Below, one piece after another: positions 61,730-64,000 of a stretch of DNA of 64,000 bases. Below the pieces are notes generated by a model. That model was given only the letters and a program-made list of their open reading frames with translations. It had not been told where the DNA came from and ran no database searches. The stretch comes from an uncultured Planktomarina sp. (GTDB taxonomy: Bacteria; Pseudomonadota; Alphaproteobacteria; Rhodobacterales; Rhodobacteraceae): positions 88,474-152,473 of the forward strand of contig CAJJBD010000004.1 of NCBI GenBank assembly GCA_905182325.1, in the 5' to 3' direction. The translations under genes and the position numbers were made by a program. Position 1 is the stretch's first letter, and each line of letters begins with the position of its first letter.

Positions 61730-62562
61730 CAAAGACTATTGGAATAGCGATTTTTGAAGCTGCCCGTCAGCTTTCTATAGCAGGCATTGACAGCTCCCAA
61801 CTTGATGCACGAGTTTTAATGTCTTCAGTGCTTAAAGTTGTCCCATATCAGGCATCATTAATTGCTGATAAGTGCCTAACTAAAGCTCAATTAGAGGAGT
61901 TTTCAAAGATAATTCAAAGACGGCTAAGACGAGTTCCGGTATCGCATATCTTGGGATATCGCGATTTTTTTGAGCATCGATTTATTGTCACACCCGATGT
62001 GCTGGATCCACGCCCAGAAACTGAGCTGTTAGTTGTTGAAGCACTAAAAGAAAGCTTCCAAAATGTGCTTGATTTGGGCACTGGATCTGGTTGCATATTG
62101 TTATCGTTATTGGCAAAAAAAACCAATGTGCAAGGAGTAGGAATTGATAACTCCGCAGCGGCTATATCGATTGCAAGAAGAAATGCAAAAAACTTACACT
62201 TAGAAAGCAGAGTGAGGCTAAATGTCTCAGATTGGTTTTCTAATGTTGGAAAACAAAAATTTGATTTAATTGTTTCCAACCCTCCATATATCCACCCCAA
62301 CCAATTGGAATTACTTTCGCCCGAAGTGTTACAGGAACCAATGTTGGCCCTAACTGACAATGAAGACGGACTAAATGCCTTTAAAGAAATTGCAACAAAT
62401 GCCCAAAAATTTATGGTTGCAGGGGGACGATTGATTTTTGAGATTGGATTTGACCAGGGACCAGAAGTGGTAGAAATACTCAATATAAGCGGTTTTCAAG
62501 ATATACGTGTGCTCCCTGATTTAAATGGGAGTGATCGCATAGTGTCGTGTTGCTCAAAGTAA
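61726..62562 (+). CDS. prmC: release factor glutamine methyltransferase
   Basis: [20 protein letters not shown]; overlaps the prfA stop. Confidence 0.95.
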   Translation: MTKTIGIAIFEAARQLSIAGIDSSQLDARVLMSSVLKVVPYQASLIADKCLTKAQLEEFSKIIQRRLRRVPVSHILGYRDFFEHRFIVTPDVLDPRPETELLVVEALKESFQNVLDLGTGSGCILLSLLAKKTNVQGVGIDNSAAAISIARRNAKNLHLESRVRLNVSDWFSNVGKQKFDLIVSNPPYIHPNQLELLSPEVLQEPMLALTDNEDGLNAFKEIATNAQKFMVAGGRLIFEIGFDQGPEVVEILNISGFQDIRVLPDLNGSDRIVSCCSK

Positions 62563-62734
62563 TCACAACCAGATAAATTATGTTATTTTGAATTTTTAAC
62601 TTGCTGAATTTTATCCAGCATGCTTTTAAGCTTCTATTGGACAATAGATATTGCTTATCCATAATTTAACCCAAACATGACCGTTCAAAGCTACCGCTTT
62701 ATGGGTCATTCGCCAAATAGGCTCTTTACATAAT

Positions 62735-63289
62735 ATGAGATCTTCAAAACCGCGCCCTCGCTCGAAGAATAACCGTAATAATAATAATCGCTCTGCTGCT
62801 AATGTATTGAACCGCGTGTTTGATAGTTCTGGCCCAGAAGGCAAAGTTCGTGGGACGCCACAACAGGTAATTGAAAAATATCAGCAATTAACTCGTGACT
62901 CGCAGCTTTCGGGAGATAGAGTTGCTGCGGAAAACTTCCAACAACATGCTGAACACTACATGCGTCTTCAGACTGACGCACAACGTGAAATTGATTTGCG
63001 CCGAGATCAGCAAGACCGTGAGAATCGTGAGAAACAAGTCCAACGGGATCAAGAACGAGGTGAGCGTATTGAACGTTTAGATGGAACTGGAAATGACAAT
63101 CATGTTCCGGAAACTCCTAGTGTTGAAGATCCTGGGGTGGCTGAGCAATCGGCGCCAATTTCAAAGGTTAAAGATTTTTCAACGTCTGAATCAGTCCAAA
63201 CAGACGAAAACTTTGTCCCCAAAACAGACCCAGTACGGAAACCTCGCGTTCGGCGACGGACAGTAGAAGTTGATATTAATGGTTCATAG
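62735..63289 (+). CDS. DUF4167 domain protein
   Basis: NRVFDSSGPEGKVRGTPQQVIEKY.QL.RD.Q.SGDRV.AENF.QHAEHY. Confidence 0.9.
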   Translation: MRSSKPRPRSKNNRNNNNRSAANVLNRVFDSSGPEGKVRGTPQQVIEKYQQLTRDSQLSGDRVAAENFQQHAEHYMRLQTDAQREIDLRRDQQDRENREKQVQRDQERGERIERLDGTGNDNHVPETPSVEDPGVAEQSAPISKVKDFSTSESVQTDENFVPKTDPVRKPRVRRRTVEVDINGS

Positions 63290-63339
63290 GATTCCAAGTC
63301 GCCACCCGCAGTGGAAGCAACAGGGTCTGAATAGAAAAA

Positions 63340-64000
63340 TTACTGTGCAGCCAGTTGCCTTGTAAGGGCACAAAACTGCTCAAGAGAAATTTCTTCAGCG
63401 CGTGCAGTTGGGTTAAGTCCAGAATTTTGTAGCACTTGTTCTATATTTGGTGCTGCTGCTTTGAGGCTTGAACGCAACATCTTGCGGCGCTGATTAAATG
63501 CCATGGCCACTGTAGAAGATAATAATTTGGCGGGTGCGGGGAAGCGAGGTACTTCCAAAGCTTGAAAGTGTACTACTGCAGAATTTACCTTTGGGGGTGG
63601 TGAAAAGGCCTCTGGCGATAGTGACATCACAATTTTAGCGTCAGTCTTCCACTGGCTTAATATTGCAAGGCGGCCATAAGCTTTAGTTCCTGGTAGTGCT
63701 GTAATTCTTTCAGCTACTTCTTTTTGAAACATTAGTGTCATAGTATTCCAAAAGGGTGGCCATTCTGTTGGTGTAAGCCAGCGTATCAGTAGCTCCGTGC
63801 CGATATTATACGGTAGGTTACATACAATACGAATAGGCGTTTTTAAGTGCATACTTACGTTAAAATTTAGTGCGTCTGCGTTAAATATTTCTAATCTTTC
63901 GCGATATGCTTCAGCAATCTCGTTTAAGGCAGGCAGGCATCTTGAATCTTTTTCAAGCACCACAACCTTACGTGCGCCTTCGGCTAAAAGACCACGGGTC
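63340..64000 (-). CDS. rsmA: 16S rRNA dimethyladenosine transferase (5' part outside window)
   Basis: [35 protein letters not shown]; frame stays open to the window edge (..[18 protein letters not shown]). Confidence 0.95.
   Translation of the reverse strand, partial: TRGLLAEGARKVVVLEKDSRCLPALNEIAEAYRERLEIFNADALNFNVSMHLKTPIRIVCNLPYNIGTELLIRWLTPTEWPPFWNTMTLMFQKEVAERITALPGTKAYGRLAILSQWKTDAKIVMSLSPEAFSPPPKVNSAVVHFQALEVPRFPAPAKLLSSTVAMAFNQRRKMLRSSLKAAAPNIEQVLQNSGLNPTARAEEISLEQFCALTRQLAAQ

Noticed and set aside
61914-62483. Long antisense ORFs (this one, 44933-45475, 49546-50007 and others)
   Set aside because: They are shadows of well-supported genes on the opposite strand and have no recognisable motifs.
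62611-62663. DnaA-box-like 9-mers
   Set aside because: Only mismatched copies, too few for an origin, and no origin-associated genes nearby.

Overview
A tightly packed core-genome segment from a marine alphaproteobacterium. Gene content and protein sequences fit the Rhodobacterales/Roseobacter group, and the DNA looks AT-rich by eye, suggesting a streamlined pelagic lineage. In order it carries: the end of a sarcosine oxidase operon (soxD-A-G), sodB, rarD/LOG, a LysM protein, an ATM1-type ABC exporter, an RND efflux pair, yfgM-bamB-der, serS, yajC-secDF, ccmABCDG, acnA, purB, bioY, the DMSP lyase dddP, glnB-glnA, tRNA-Leu(UAG)-tig, rpsF-rpsR-rplI, fabD-fabG-acpP-fabF-mltG, cysE, pdhABC, class I fba, pgk, two cyclophilins, an orphan Fe(III)-binding protein, mazG, an M20 amidohydrolase with two ureohydrolases, prfA-prmC, DUF4167 and part of rsmA. 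I saw no mobile element, prophage, CRISPR array or rRNA. The best candidate for an undescribed system is a translationally coupled five-gene operon (31313->28297, minus strand). It encodes a three-subunit cobalt nitrile-hydratase-family enzyme with thiocyanate-hydrolase (scnB-scnA-scnC) architecture, an apparently hybrid substrate pocket and no activator gene, followed by a DMT transporter and a lipid acyltransferase. Secondary signals are repeat-encoded Lys-rich tails on two prolyl isomerases, a perfect palindrome before pdhA, structured leaders before rpsF and acpP, and an orphan heme N-demethylase-like gene divergent from dddP. All product calls come from motif recognition by eye; no searches were run.
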